Source of the DNA: Candidatus Fermentibacteraceae bacterium
GTDB taxonomy: Bacteria > Fermentibacterota > Fermentibacteria > Fermentibacterales > JCC-6
NCBI GenBank assembly: GCA_016936235.1
Contig: JAFGPK010000054.1
Location: forward strand, 7,559 to 71,558
Direction: 5' to 3'
Length of the DNA stretch: 64,000 bases
The position numbers and the translations under genes are program-made. Position 1 is the first letter of the stretch. Each line of letters opens with the position of its first letter. Positions 8,606 through 17,822 of the stretch are shown here, one piece after another. Under the pieces are notes generated by a model. It saw only the letters and a list, made by a program, of their open reading frames with translations, was not told the DNA's origin and did no database searches.

Positions 8606-9913
8606 TCATTTCAGATCATCCACCAGGCCCAACCTGTCAAGTGTACTATTCTCGTTCCTCAGATGATACTCAAGTGTGCATATGCTCGCCATCTCATCTT
8701 CGCTGATCAACTCCGTCACCGAGGGATCCCTTCCCGCTACCTCCAGGAAACCCGAATCCCGTTCCATTGACTCCATAGCGACGTCCTGGACGATCCTGTA
8801 GGCCTTCTCCCGGGAAACCCCTCTGTCGATCAGGGCCAGCAGAAGGCTCTGGGAGTAGAACCTGTCCCCCGCCGCGCGGACCAGCTCCATGGCCCTGTCG
8901 GGGAATATCCTGAGCCCCTCGACCAGGTCTACCGACTTTCTGAGCATATACAGGGCTATTCCGCAGGCATCGGGGAACAGGAACCTTTCCGCCGATGAAT
9001 GGCTGATGTCCCTCTCGTGCCAGAGGGCGGTGTCCTCCAGCGAGGGAACGAGGTAGCCTCGAAGCATTCTGGCAAGTCCGCAGAGCCTTTCGCTGACAAT
9101 GGGATTCCTCTTGTGAGGCATGGCGCTGGAGCCCTTCTGTCCCTTACCGAAGGATTCCTCCACTTCCCCGACCTCCGATCTCTGCAGGTGCCTTATCTCA
9201 GTCCCGAGCCTCTCCAGCATGCCGCCCACCGAAGCCAGGGCGTACATGAAGTCCGCATGACGGTCCCTTGCCACCACCTGTGTAGCCACCTGCTCACGGC
9301 CTATGCCCAGCTTTCCGCAGACGAACTCCTCCACAGAGGGGTCAAGGTAGGCGTAGGTTCCCACGGCGCCGGATACCTTGCCCACGCAGGCGGATTCAAG
9401 TCCGGCGCTGAGGCGCTTTTTCACTCTGAGGAACTCGGAGTAGTACCCGGCAAACTTGAGCCCCATGGTCGTGGGTTCCGCGAACATACCGTGACTCCGG
9501 CCCATGCAGAGGACGCCCCTGGTCCTACCCGCCAGCCCCTTCAGGGCTTCCCCGAGATTCATCAGCTCCCTCATCAGCAGGGAGCCGCTGTCCCTGATCT
9601 GGGTGGCCAGGCAGGTATCGAGGACATCGCTGGAAGTCATTCCGTAATGGATGTGCCTTGACTCCGGTCCGAGGCTCTCGGAAACACTGGTGAGGAAGGC
9701 TATGACATCATGCCGGACCGTCTCCTCGATCTCCGCCACCCGCCCGGGGTCGAAGGAGGCGTTCGCCCTTATTCTCTCGAAGTCCTCCCTCGGGACAAGA
9801 CCGGCCTCCATTCTGGCCTCCACGGCCAGTATCTCTATCTCAAGCCAGCGGGAATACCTGGATTCGGTGGACCATATCTCACTCATCTCGGGAATGGAGT
9901 ACCGTTCTATCAT
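8606..9913 (-). CDS. purB: Adenylosuccinate lyase (PurB)
   Basis: MIERYSIPEMSEIWSTESRYSRWLEIEILAVEA…SSAMPHKRNPIVSE… is a fumarate-lyase-superfamily protein with the PurB N-terminus and the conserved SSxMPxKxNP motif. Confidence 0.9.
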   Translation of the reverse strand: MIERYSIPEMSEIWSTESRYSRWLEIEILAVEARMEAGLVPREDFERIRANASFDPGRVAEIEETVRHDVIAFLTSVSESLGPESRHIHYGMTSSDVLDTCLATQIRDSGSLLMRELMNLGEALKGLAGRTRGVLCMGRSHGMFAEPTTMGLKFAGYYSEFLRVKKRLSAGLESACVGKVSGAVGTYAYLDPSVEEFVCGKLGIGREQVATQVVARDRHADFMYALASVGGMLERLGTEIRHLQRSEVGEVEESFGKGQKGSSAMPHKRNPIVSERLCGLARMLRGYLVPSLEDTALWHERDISHSSAERFLFPDACGIALYMLRKSVDLVEGLRIFPDRAMELVRAAGDRFYSQSLLLALIDRGVSREKAYRIVQDVAMESMERDSGFLEVAGRDPSVTELISEDEMASICTLEYHLRNENSTLDRLGLVDDLK

Positions 9914-10017
9914 GGGAACCCCTTTCGGAAATCCATATCAGGGTTTTGACAACCGTAATATATCAAAAACCAGGCGGTCTCCGGAGAAGGATGCCGCGGG
10001 AGCAGCGGGCAGCCGGG

Positions 10018-11331
10018 TTATTTAACGTAGCCGAGATCGCGGAGAACGGGTGTCACCCTCCAGTCCTCCAGGAGCACGGGATCCCACCTGAGGGGGGTCG
10101 ACCAGTAAATGAGGGCCTCATCTAGCAGTACGCTGTCAGGAGGGACTTCAGCAAGGGCCAGCGGGTCCGTGTCCAGGAGATACATCTCCATGCGGTCCGT
10201 GTCCGCATTCCAGATCAGCTGCCTGCCACCGTTCCTGACAGAGACCTGGTGAAAGTCGGCACCGGTGTTTATGCCGCTGGCCGGCACCGAGCGCCTCCCA
10301 CCGGGCTCCAGGTCCAGAAGGGAGCTGCCCTCGAGCGACTGCGGCGCCTGGATCGAACACAGGTCCAGGATCGTGGGCAGTATGTCGTACTGCCCGCACA
10401 GGGCGGTGGAGGGAATGGAATCAAGCCTTTCAAGCCCGGCGAGTATCATCGGGACGCAAGTTATCTCCGGATACAGAGTCCTTCCATGACCTACGAAGCC
10501 GTGCTCCAGGAACTCCTCCCCGTGGTCCGCCGTGAGAACCACCAGTATCTCCCTCTCCCTCTCCATCTCCCTGAGACTGGAAAAGAGTATTCCAAGATGG
10601 TGGTCCACATAGGCTATCTCTCCATCGTACATAGCTTCCAGGTGGATCCGCTGCTCCGGCCGGGCCACGCCGCCTTCCGGCGTGAACTCCCAGTAGACTC
10701 CGCCCCCGGCTCCGTCATCGGTGAAATACCTGTCGAACGGCGGCGGCGGGTCGTAGGGATCGTGGACATCGAAGAAATGCAAGGTCAGGAAGAATGGTCT
10801 GTCATCCTGCAGGCCGGTCAGCCAGTCGATCGCGGCCGATACGGTGCTGTCCGCAAGACCGTCGCCGTTCTCCCTGCAGCTGAAGATGTCGAACCCCCTG
10901 TGGAATCCGAAATCCGCTCCCAGAAGGTAGACATTGAAGAACCCGGCGGTGGCGTAGCCGTTCCTTTTCATAACCATGGGAAGAACCGGCATCTCCGGGT
11001 CCATGCCGAATACATTCCCTGTGGGGACGTCCATGCGGGCACCGTGGGACAGTGCGGTCAGTCCGCTCATGATGCTCGCCGTGGCGGGAAGGGTCCAGGA
11101 GGCCTGGGAAGAGACGTTCTCCATCATTACTCCCGCCCGGGCAAGGCTGTCGATCACGGGTGACGTGCTCCTGCCGCAGCCGTAGCATGACAGATGGTCC
11201 GCTCTGAGAGTGTCTATGATTATGAGGACCACCGACGGCCTCTCCATCCTTCCGGTGCATGACAGGAACAGGGCCATGACGGGAAGCGGCAGGAAGGCTG
11301 CCAGTGCCCTGAACACCGTTGTCGGTCTCAT
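10018..11331 (-). CDS. Sulfatase-like hydrolase/transferase (alkaline phosphatase superfamily), lipoprotein
   Basis: VVLIIIDTLRADHLSCYGCGRSTSPVIDSLARAGV… matches the sulfatase N-terminal metal-binding region. The expected C/S-x-P-x-R site reads SWTLPAT, with Ser in place of Cys and no Arg, so it is more like the LTA-synthase/transferase branch than an FGly sulfatase. Lipobox LFLSC. The start at 11331 makes an ATGA overlap with the SH3 gene stop. Confidence 0.65.
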   Translation of the reverse strand: MRPTTVFRALAAFLPLPVMALFLSCTGRMERPSVVLIIIDTLRADHLSCYGCGRSTSPVIDSLARAGVMMENVSSQASWTLPATASIMSGLTALSHGARMDVPTGNVFGMDPEMPVLPMVMKRNGYATAGFFNVYLLGADFGFHRGFDIFSCRENGDGLADSTVSAAIDWLTGLQDDRPFFLTLHFFDVHDPYDPPPPFDRYFTDDGAGGGVYWEFTPEGGVARPEQRIHLEAMYDGEIAYVDHHLGILFSSLREMEREREILVVLTADHGEEFLEHGFVGHGRTLYPEITCVPMILAGLERLDSIPSTALCGQYDILPTILDLCSIQAPQSLEGSSLLDLEPGGRRSVPASGINTGADFHQVSVRNGGRQLIWNADTDRMEMYLLDTDPLALAEVPPDSVLLDEALIYWSTPLRWDPVLLEDWRVTPVLRDLGYVK

Positions 11332-11654
11332 GGCAGTTCCGTTCCCGTGGTCAAACGGCTGTAGATCCACGCAAAGAGAGACATGTCAGGAACGTAGACC
11401 CTGTACCAATCCGAAGTCCCGCCGGTGACCTGGAGGGTATCACCTCGTCCGACCCGGGCCAGCACCGCGTACTCAGTCCCCGGACCCGCCCTCAGGTTGA
11501 CAGCGCTTCCTGTCACTTCCACGGTATTCCATGCTGAATGGCATTCGGTCGAGGGGCTGTCCGACGGTGTCGACACCGCCCCGCCGCTCCCGCAGCCGCT
11601 GCCTGCAAAGCAGATGATAAGGGCAAGCAGTCCGACTGCCTTGGTTCCGGGCAT
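11328..11654 (-). CDS. SH3b-domain lipoprotein
   Basis: MPGTKAVGLLALIICFAGSGC is a lipoprotein signal. VNLRAGPGTEYAVLARVGRGDTLQV…DWYRV is a bacterial SH3 domain. The ATG at 11654 overlaps the ispH-fusion stop (TGATG). Confidence 0.6.
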   Translation of the reverse strand: MPGTKAVGLLALIICFAGSGCGSGGAVSTPSDSPSTECHSAWNTVEVTGSAVNLRAGPGTEYAVLARVGRGDTLQVTGGTSDWYRVYVPDMSLFAWIYSRLTTGTELP

Positions 11655-13372
11655 CAGATGACTCCTGACAGAAGAATGACGGCGGGAACACATCCGGCCA
11701 GGAACAGACTCCCGTCGGCCATCGCTCTCTTGGAAAGCTCCGAAGGGAACGGTACCCTCCCGAGGATTATGAAGCCCGCGGCCAGGGAAACGAGTCCCGG
11801 TACGGAGTACAGCGTTATGCGACTGAGGTACCCGGAGACGGCGCCTAAGAACATTAGGAGTGAGGCAATGGCGAAGCAGAGCCAGAAAAGCAGTACGCTG
11901 GCAGCCCTGCCGGCATGTATGGGAATGGTGTCCATTCCCATCAGGGCGTCGCCCTGAAGGTCCACGAGGTCAGCCAGCAGGCACCGGCCCAGGAAGAGAA
12001 AGAAGAGCATGCCGGCCCACAGGATGGTTCCCGCCTGGATCCCTGAGGAGATGTACCCGGGCAGGAACGCCAGAAGGAATGACCAGGCCCCGGCGAACAT
12101 GAGGTCCCGTGAGCCGGGCAGGGCCCTGAGCCCCCTGAAGGGGTATACCCTTCGGATGAGGGGTATTGAGTAGACCAGGAAAGCCGCCAGCATCAGGCCC
12201 AGGACCAGCGGCCAGAGAGGGTCGAGATGAACGGATATCGCCAGGGATGACGCGAATGCCGTGACCGAAAGCGTCATCAGCAGACTCCTGTGTTTCCTGA
12301 GGAACTCCTGCCTTCCTATCCCCGACGGATGTGAATAGCCGGACTCCAGAACGGATGTGACCAGATGGACGGCGAAAAGGAAGAGGGAGGACGAAAGCAC
12401 CGGCATCAGCCAGTCATGAAGGCCCAGAACGCAGGCTCCCGCAGCTCCGAGGGTAAATGTGACCGGAAGAACGTGGAAATTCCCGAAGATCGCGTTCTGC
12501 AGGAAACGTCGAACCTTGCCCGTCCTGAGCCTGCCACCCTGGAGTTCCAGCAGCCTCTCGCGCACCTTTCTTATGCACCAGCTGGGAGTCGAGGCGCCGG
12601 CTGTGAGAAGGATGTTCTCATACTTCCCAAGCTCCACGGGGTCCAGATCATCGTGGGTCTCCACATGGAAGGCCGGAAGCCCCTCCTCACGGGCCACTTC
12701 CACCAGTCTCGCCGTATTGGCGCTGTTCCGTCCCCCCACGACCACCACGCAGTCCACCCTGCCGCACATCATCCTGAGTTCCTCCTGCCTCAGGCTGGTT
12801 GAGTTGCATATCGTGCAGCAGTACTCAAGGTCGGGGTACAGTTCGGCCAGTCTGTCTCTTGTCCTCTCCCAAGTGCCTGTGTTCTGAGTGGTCTGCGAGA
12901 GGAGGAACGGCTTCCTGACATCGCCCAGGGACCCTATGTCATCAGGGCCGGTTATGACCCTGGCCCCGGCCCCTCCGTAGGACCTGATGCTCCTGACTTC
13001 CTGGTGGGAGGGATCGCCCAGGATTATCACATCGTAGCCCTCTTCGCTCTTCTTCCTGGCCATGGCAAGGGCCCTGCCCACTCTCGGGCAGGTAAGATCG
13101 CGGATGGAAAGGGGGAGTTCTCCAAGTTCCCTGCGCTTCTCCAGTGTGGTGCCGTGGGTCCTGAGAAAGAGCGTGCCCCTTTCCATTGACTCCGGGCTTA
13201 CGCACACGGCTACCCCCCTGTCCGCCAGGGCCTGAAGGACCTGCGGGTTATGGACCAGCTCACCGTAGATGGCGTAGGGGTCTTCACCCTCCCTGAGGGC
13301 GGCCAGGACCATGTCCACCGCCCGGCGGACCCCCCAGCAGAAACCGGCTGTGCGTGCGGTTATTACTCCCAA
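11654..13372 (-). CDS. ispH: 4-hydroxy-3-methylbut-2-enyl diphosphate reductase (IspH/LytB) fused to a C-terminal polytopic membrane domain with a UbiA-like DxxGDxxxGxDT motif
   Basis: N-terminal 285 aa align with IspH: GFCWGV, HNP, DLTCPRV, LSQTTQ, TICNST, VVGGRNSANTARL, TAGASTP. The C-terminal ~285 aa contain 6-8 predicted TM helices and DLQGDALMGMDTIPI, resembling the second Asp-rich motif of UbiA-family prenyltransferases. No first NDxxDxxxD motif was seen. Confidence 0.8.
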   Translation of the reverse strand: MGVITARTAGFCWGVRRAVDMVLAALREGEDPYAIYGELVHNPQVLQALADRGVAVCVSPESMERGTLFLRTHGTTLEKRRELGELPLSIRDLTCPRVGRALAMARKKSEEGYDVIILGDPSHQEVRSIRSYGGAGARVITGPDDIGSLGDVRKPFLLSQTTQNTGTWERTRDRLAELYPDLEYCCTICNSTSLRQEELRMMCGRVDCVVVVGGRNSANTARLVEVAREEGLPAFHVETHDDLDPVELGKYENILLTAGASTPSWCIRKVRERLLELQGGRLRTGKVRRFLQNAIFGNFHVLPVTFTLGAAGACVLGLHDWLMPVLSSSLFLFAVHLVTSVLESGYSHPSGIGRQEFLRKHRSLLMTLSVTAFASSLAISVHLDPLWPLVLGLMLAAFLVYSIPLIRRVYPFRGLRALPGSRDLMFAGAWSFLLAFLPGYISSGIQAGTILWAGMLFFLFLGRCLLADLVDLQGDALMGMDTIPIHAGRAASVLLFWLCFAIASLLMFLGAVSGYLSRITLYSVPGLVSLAAGFIILGRVPFPSELSKRAMADGSLFLAGCVPAVILLSGVI

Positions 13373-13412
13373 TAGCTGCTCCTTGCAGGCGGCACGGCGA
13401 GGTCATCAAAGA

Positions 13413-13440
13413 AGGGGCGGCGGTCGAAACCGCCGCCCCT
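13413..13440 (-). terminator. Putative intrinsic terminator downstream of the 13462-14088 gene
   Basis: Perfect 11-bp stem aggggcggcgg / ccgccgcccct with loop tcgaaa. On the minus-strand RNA it is followed by UCUUUGAUGA, a moderately U-rich tract. Confidence 0.45.
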
Positions 13441-13461
13441 CTGCAGACATTCAGGGAATGA

Positions 13462-14088
13462 CTACCTGTAGAGACCCTTGATGGCTCCCCAGCTCTCGTT
13501 GTCGAGAGGAAGGGTGCCATCGGCCCTGGCGAACCAGTCGATGGCTTCCGAAACGGGGATCAGGGGATCCCAGAGGATGAAGTCCTGGCTGTAGAAGGTG
13601 TGGGTTACACCTGTGAAGTTGCCGAACTCATCGTAAAGGCCCGAGGGAACTCCCGCTGCGGAGTAGATGGTGGTATTGGCCACCATCCAGAAATCGGTTC
13701 CAGTGGAAATGGGCGTGCTGTAGTTCACGATGGTCGCGGTGTAGTGGAGAGCCGTGACATCATCAGCCTGCAGCTGGCTTACGGGCATGGCTGCGTCGCC
13801 GGTCCAGAGCTCGACACTGATCTGGTCTGTGTCCCAGGGCGCGTTGGGGTGATGGTAGAACCACCACTCGCAGAAATCGCACTGGAAATCAGTGGCGCCA
13901 GGCAGGAAGTCGGTTATGTCGAACCAGGTGCCGAAGTAGGGGGTTCCACTATAGATCCACTTCGGGGTTCCATCGTCGTACTGCAGAAGATCGTCTGTAC
14001 CGGTGCCTGCAAGACCTTCGACCCTGATACCGTCGATGGCGAAGCCCAAGGCTGATACAAGAGCAAGTACAATAAGTACCTTCTTCAT
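13462..14088 (-). CDS. Secreted hypothetical protein (signal peptide, Trp/Tyr/Thr-rich)
   Basis: MKKVLIVLALVSALGFA signal peptide. 208 aa with no recognisable catalytic motif. It is followed by a strong hairpin. Confidence 0.45.
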   Translation of the reverse strand: MKKVLIVLALVSALGFAIDGIRVEGLAGTGTDDLLQYDDGTPKWIYSGTPYFGTWFDITDFLPGATDFQCDFCEWWFYHHPNAPWDTDQISVELWTGDAAMPVSQLQADDVTALHYTATIVNYSTPISTGTDFWMVANTTIYSAAGVPSGLYDEFGNFTGVTHTFYSQDFILWDPLIPVSEAIDWFARADGTLPLDNESWGAIKGLYR

Positions 14089-14188
14089 TTGTACTCCTTT
14101 CGGTTTATGGGTTCATTCCAACAGCTCTGTAACTATGCAAGGGGTGAAAATTGCTGTCAAGGCTGAAAAAAAATGCCCGCAGTGAGTA

Positions 14189-16159
14189 TCAGGCTTCCAT
14201 CTTTCTCATTGCGTCCCTGTATTTTGCGGCGGTCTCGAAATCCAGTCTCTCCGCCGCCTCGAGCATCTTCCCTTCGAGGAACAGGACCGCCTCCTCCCTG
14301 GTTCCCGGCATCCCATCGAGAAGGTCTTTCTTCTCCGCGGCCGGATGGAAGATATCGGCTATGCTGGTGGCGCTGATGATCTGGTCCCTGGATTTCCTGA
14401 TGCTCTCCGGGGTTATGCCGTGCTTCTCGTTGTACTCCAGCTGTATGGCCCTTCTCCTGGCGGTCTCCCCCATGGCGAACTCCATCGAATCTGTCATCCT
14501 GTCCGCGTAGAGAATAACCTTCCCGGCCATGTTCCGGGCGGCTCTTCCGGCTGTCTGGATGAGACTTGTCCTTGACCTGAGAAAACCCTCCTTGTCGGCG
14601 TCGAGTATTGCCACCAGAGAGACTTCCGGCAGGTCAAGGCCCTCCCGCAGCAGATTTACACCCACCAGCACGTCGAAATCCGCAAGCCGAAGCTCCCTCA
14701 GTATCGATACCCTTTCCAGGGCGTCAACTTCACTGTGGATGTACCTTGCGCTTATGGACAGGTCCTGAAGGTAGGACGTGAGCTCCTCCGCCATCTTCTT
14801 GGTAAGGGTGGTCACCAGGACCCTTCCTGATGATTCCAGAGCCCTGTTTATCTCCGACACCAGATCGTCTATCTGGGTCGAGGCCGGTCTGACCTCCATC
14901 TCAGGGTCCACGAGCCCTGTGGGTCTTACGATCTGCTGAACGACTCTGGCTGACCTGCTGAGCTCGTACTCGGACGGAGTCGCGGACATGCATACTTTCT
15001 GCCCGGTCACCTCCACGAACTCCTCGAGGTAGAGGGGTCTGTTGTCCAGGGCCGAGGGAAGGCGGAAACCGTTCTCCACCAGGGTCTCTTTCCTTGACCT
15101 GTCCCCCCTGTACATCGCGGCCAGCTGCGGTATGGTCCGGTGTGATTCATCGATGAACACGAGCATGTCGCCGCCGGTGAAATAGTCGATCAGGCATGCG
15201 GGTCTCTCCCCCTGACCCCTGCCGGAAAGGTGTCTGCTGTAGTTCTCTATACCGCTGCAGTAACCGGTCTCGGCCAGAAGTTCGATATCGTACCTTGTCC
15301 TGCTCTCCAGCCTCTGGGCCTCCAGCAGCTTCCCTCTCTGCCGGAAGTCCCCGAGGGTCTCCTCCAGCTCCCGCTCTATCCTGCCGATGGCCAGGTTCAG
15401 TTCCCTCTCCGAGGTGACGAAATGCCTGGCGGGGTAGATGAACACTTCCTCCAGGTCCTCCTGGACAGCCCCGGTCAGGTGGTCTATCCGTCTTATGCTC
15501 TCCACGCTGCTGCCGAAGAACTCCACTCTGACCGCCATGCTTCCGTAGGCCGGGACCACGTCCAGCACATCGCCCCTGACCCTGAACCTTCCCCTTGTCA
15601 GGGCGACGTCGTTCCTGGAGTACCTCATGTCCACCAGGTCCATCATGAACCTGCCCATGTCCATGCTCATGCCCCTGCGGGCATGGAGCATCCCCTCCGC
15701 GAAAGTGGACGGGTTTCCCAGGCCGTAGATGCAGCTGACGGAAGCCACCACGATGACGTCCCTCCTGGAAAGCAGCGAGGCGCTGGCCCGGAGTCTCAGC
15801 CTGTCCAGTTCCTCGTTCAGATCGGCGTCCTTCTCGATGAAGGTGTCGGTGGTGGGTATATAGGCTTCGGGCTGGTAGTAGTCGTAATAACTGACGAAGT
15901 ACTCCACCGCCGCGTCCGGAAAGAACCCCCTGAGTTCGCTGTACAGCTGAGCGGCCAGTGTCTTGTTGTGGCTTACCACAAGTACCGGCCTGTCCATCCC
16001 GGCTATCACTCCCGCCATGGTGAATGTCTTGCCCGAACCGGTGACACCCAGCAGGGTCTGCCACTCCTCCCCTCTCCTGAGACCTTCGGTCAGGGACTCG
16101 ATGGCCGCGGGCTGGTGGCCGGAAGGCTTGAAATCGCTCACCAGCTTGAAAAGGGACAT
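14189..16159 (-). CDS. uvrB: Excinuclease ABC subunit B (UvrB)
   Basis: MSLFKLVSDFKPSGHQPAAIESL…LLGVTGSGKTFTMA…YVSYYDYYQPEAYIP… is the canonical UvrB N-terminus with helicase motifs. Confidence 0.95.
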   Translation of the reverse strand: MSLFKLVSDFKPSGHQPAAIESLTEGLRRGEEWQTLLGVTGSGKTFTMAGVIAGMDRPVLVVSHNKTLAAQLYSELRGFFPDAAVEYFVSYYDYYQPEAYIPTTDTFIEKDADLNEELDRLRLRASASLLSRRDVIVVASVSCIYGLGNPSTFAEGMLHARRGMSMDMGRFMMDLVDMRYSRNDVALTRGRFRVRGDVLDVVPAYGSMAVRVEFFGSSVESIRRIDHLTGAVQEDLEEVFIYPARHFVTSERELNLAIGRIERELEETLGDFRQRGKLLEAQRLESRTRYDIELLAETGYCSGIENYSRHLSGRGQGERPACLIDYFTGGDMLVFIDESHRTIPQLAAMYRGDRSRKETLVENGFRLPSALDNRPLYLEEFVEVTGQKVCMSATPSEYELSRSARVVQQIVRPTGLVDPEMEVRPASTQIDDLVSEINRALESSGRVLVTTLTKKMAEELTSYLQDLSISARYIHSEVDALERVSILRELRLADFDVLVGVNLLREGLDLPEVSLVAILDADKEGFLRSRTSLIQTAGRAARNMAGKVILYADRMTDSMEFAMGETARRRAIQLEYNEKHGITPESIRKSRDQIISATSIADIFHPAAEKKDLLDGMPGTREEAVLFLEGKMLEAAERLDFETAAKYRDAMRKMEA

Positions 16160-17821
16160 CTATCCCTTCAGGCAGGGGAGGCGGACCTCCATGGCGGAGG
16201 CCGGCCGGGTTATGCCCCAGTTGCAGAGTATCTCAGGATGAACCTCTCCGACTATACCCGAGCTGCGCCCGTCGATGATCACCGCCGCGCACCTTCCCGG
16301 CACGAATCTGCCGTCATCCTCCGGTTCGAGTCGGAGCGAGATCCCTCTTGAATGGCACAGGGAACCGAGAATCGAATGTACATCGCCGAAATCCGCATCG
16401 TTGCAGCAGATCAGGCAGGCCAGCATCACATCGGTACTGCATACACCCCCAGGATCCCTGACCAGGACCTCCCCGGACTCGAAGATGCGGTGAGGGTAGG
16501 CCGAGTGGGCGCTTGCGCTCTCCACTTCCAGAAGACCCGGGAGCAGCGAGTTGCGGACCACGCCGTACTCCCTGGTCATCGGATTGGCGATGGCCACTGG
16601 AGGGGCGGGGGTCCCGGTCTGGATCGAGACCTTCTCGAAGCTTGACAGCACCGGGCGCAGCACCTCCTCGAACCCTGCTCCCACAAGCAGCAGCCTCACC
16701 GAGTCCGCCAGCTCCTCGATGGGGGCGCTCCTGCCCTGGGTGAACCGGTCCGGCAGGAGGGGGCCGAAGGATCCAAGGCCCATGGATACGGCAATGTCCT
16801 CTATCATGTCCACGGCGTGAATCCCGTCGCGCCGGTAGGGAGGCAGCATACCTGTTATGGACGTGCCCCGGGCCGTGGCCGAGGCGTAGTCCATCCCTCG
16901 CAGCGCCTCAACGGCGCTGGAGGGAGCAATCTCCAGCCCCAGTATCCTGCGGACCTCTTCCATCGTGGTCGTCAAGGTGTCGGCGAAGACCACGGGGCAA
17001 GAGACCGTGCGGCCGGGGTGTTCATCCGGGTAGATGACCCTTACGGGCGAGATCGCGGCTCCCCTGTCCTGAAGGTTGCAGGCCAGTATGGTGGCGGTGA
17101 GCTGGACCGTCTCCCAGTCGGTCCCGGTGACCTCGCAGAAGAGTTCCGAGTCCCCGGGACGGACCCTTCCCGTGGTCTGGCTGTTGAGTATCGGAGGGAA
17201 GGACAGGATCGAACCTGAATCATCCCGGAGAACCGGGTAGACTTCCGCCCCGCTTAGAATGTGCGCGTATGTCCGGCCGGTCTCGGTATCCCTGAGCACC
17301 TGGGCCAGTGTCATCTCCCCATCCTCCCCCAGCGGGACGAAGGACAGATCCGGCGAGGCTGCCATGTAGCTCACGGGGAACCGGATCTCGCCAAGCCTGT
17401 AGAATCCTGCCCCTGCGGTCTTCCTGTTCCTCCCGTAGGATGCCGCCAGCTTCTCCTGGACCTCTATCAGTGCTTCCAGCTCCTCCTCGTCAGGGGCCCA
17501 TCCGCAGGCGGTGAAAGCGGCCACGAACGGGCGCACATTCCTGAGGTTCCGATCCACGAGGATCTCGAGGTCACTCACGGGAAGGTCCGACAGGTGATAC
17601 TCGGGTCCGTGGGCGTGGCATCGGAGAGCCCTTGCCACCCCCTCCACGCACCACAGGTCGGGCCTGTTGGTGTCGTTCAGCTCCAGTTTCAGCGAATCGC
17701 CCTCGGAGGAGTCTATCTCCCCCTTGACCAGTGAAAGGAGGTCGGCAAGCCCGCCGTCTCCTGGGTCTTCGATCCGGGCCAGACGGAACAGGTCCCTTCT
17801 GCTAACATCGATCTTGGGCAT
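16160..17821 (-). CDS. pheT: Phenylalanine--tRNA ligase beta subunit, archaeal/eukaryal type
   Basis: 553 aa beginning MPKIDVSRRDLFRLARI…. The length and architecture match the archaeal-type beta subunit, not the ~800-aa bacterial PheT. It lies adjacent to pheS. Confidence 0.8.
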   Translation of the reverse strand: MPKIDVSRRDLFRLARIEDPGDGGLADLLSLVKGEIDSSEGDSLKLELNDTNRPDLWCVEGVARALRCHAHGPEYHLSDLPVSDLEILVDRNLRNVRPFVAAFTACGWAPDEEELEALIEVQEKLAASYGRNRKTAGAGFYRLGEIRFPVSYMAASPDLSFVPLGEDGEMTLAQVLRDTETGRTYAHILSGAEVYPVLRDDSGSILSFPPILNSQTTGRVRPGDSELFCEVTGTDWETVQLTATILACNLQDRGAAISPVRVIYPDEHPGRTVSCPVVFADTLTTTMEEVRRILGLEIAPSSAVEALRGMDYASATARGTSITGMLPPYRRDGIHAVDMIEDIAVSMGLGSFGPLLPDRFTQGRSAPIEELADSVRLLLVGAGFEEVLRPVLSSFEKVSIQTGTPAPPVAIANPMTREYGVVRNSLLPGLLEVESASAHSAYPHRIFESGEVLVRDPGGVCSTDVMLACLICCNDADFGDVHSILGSLCHSRGISLRLEPEDDGRFVPGRCAAVIIDGRSSGIVGEVHPEILCNWGITRPASAMEVRLPCLKG

Positions 17822-17822
17822 A

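Noticed and set aside
9914-10017. Possible ZTP/pfl-type purine riboswitch or terminator upstream of purB (segment ACCGCCUGGUUUUU).
   Set aside because: Only a short resemblance to the pfl 3' element was seen. The 5' subdomain consensus was not found and no convincing stem precedes the T-run. At best it is a weak terminator for the sulfatase-like gene.
14161-14191. A run of eight T on the minus strand right after the uvrB stop, as an intrinsic terminator.
   Set aside because: The adjacent sequence forms only a 3-4 bp stem. It is possibly a weak terminator but is not supported well enough to list as a feature.
15230-16351. 373-aa plus-strand ORF.
   Set aside because: It lies entirely antisense within uvrB, which is unambiguous. 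This is a typical long spurious ORF in GC-rich DNA.
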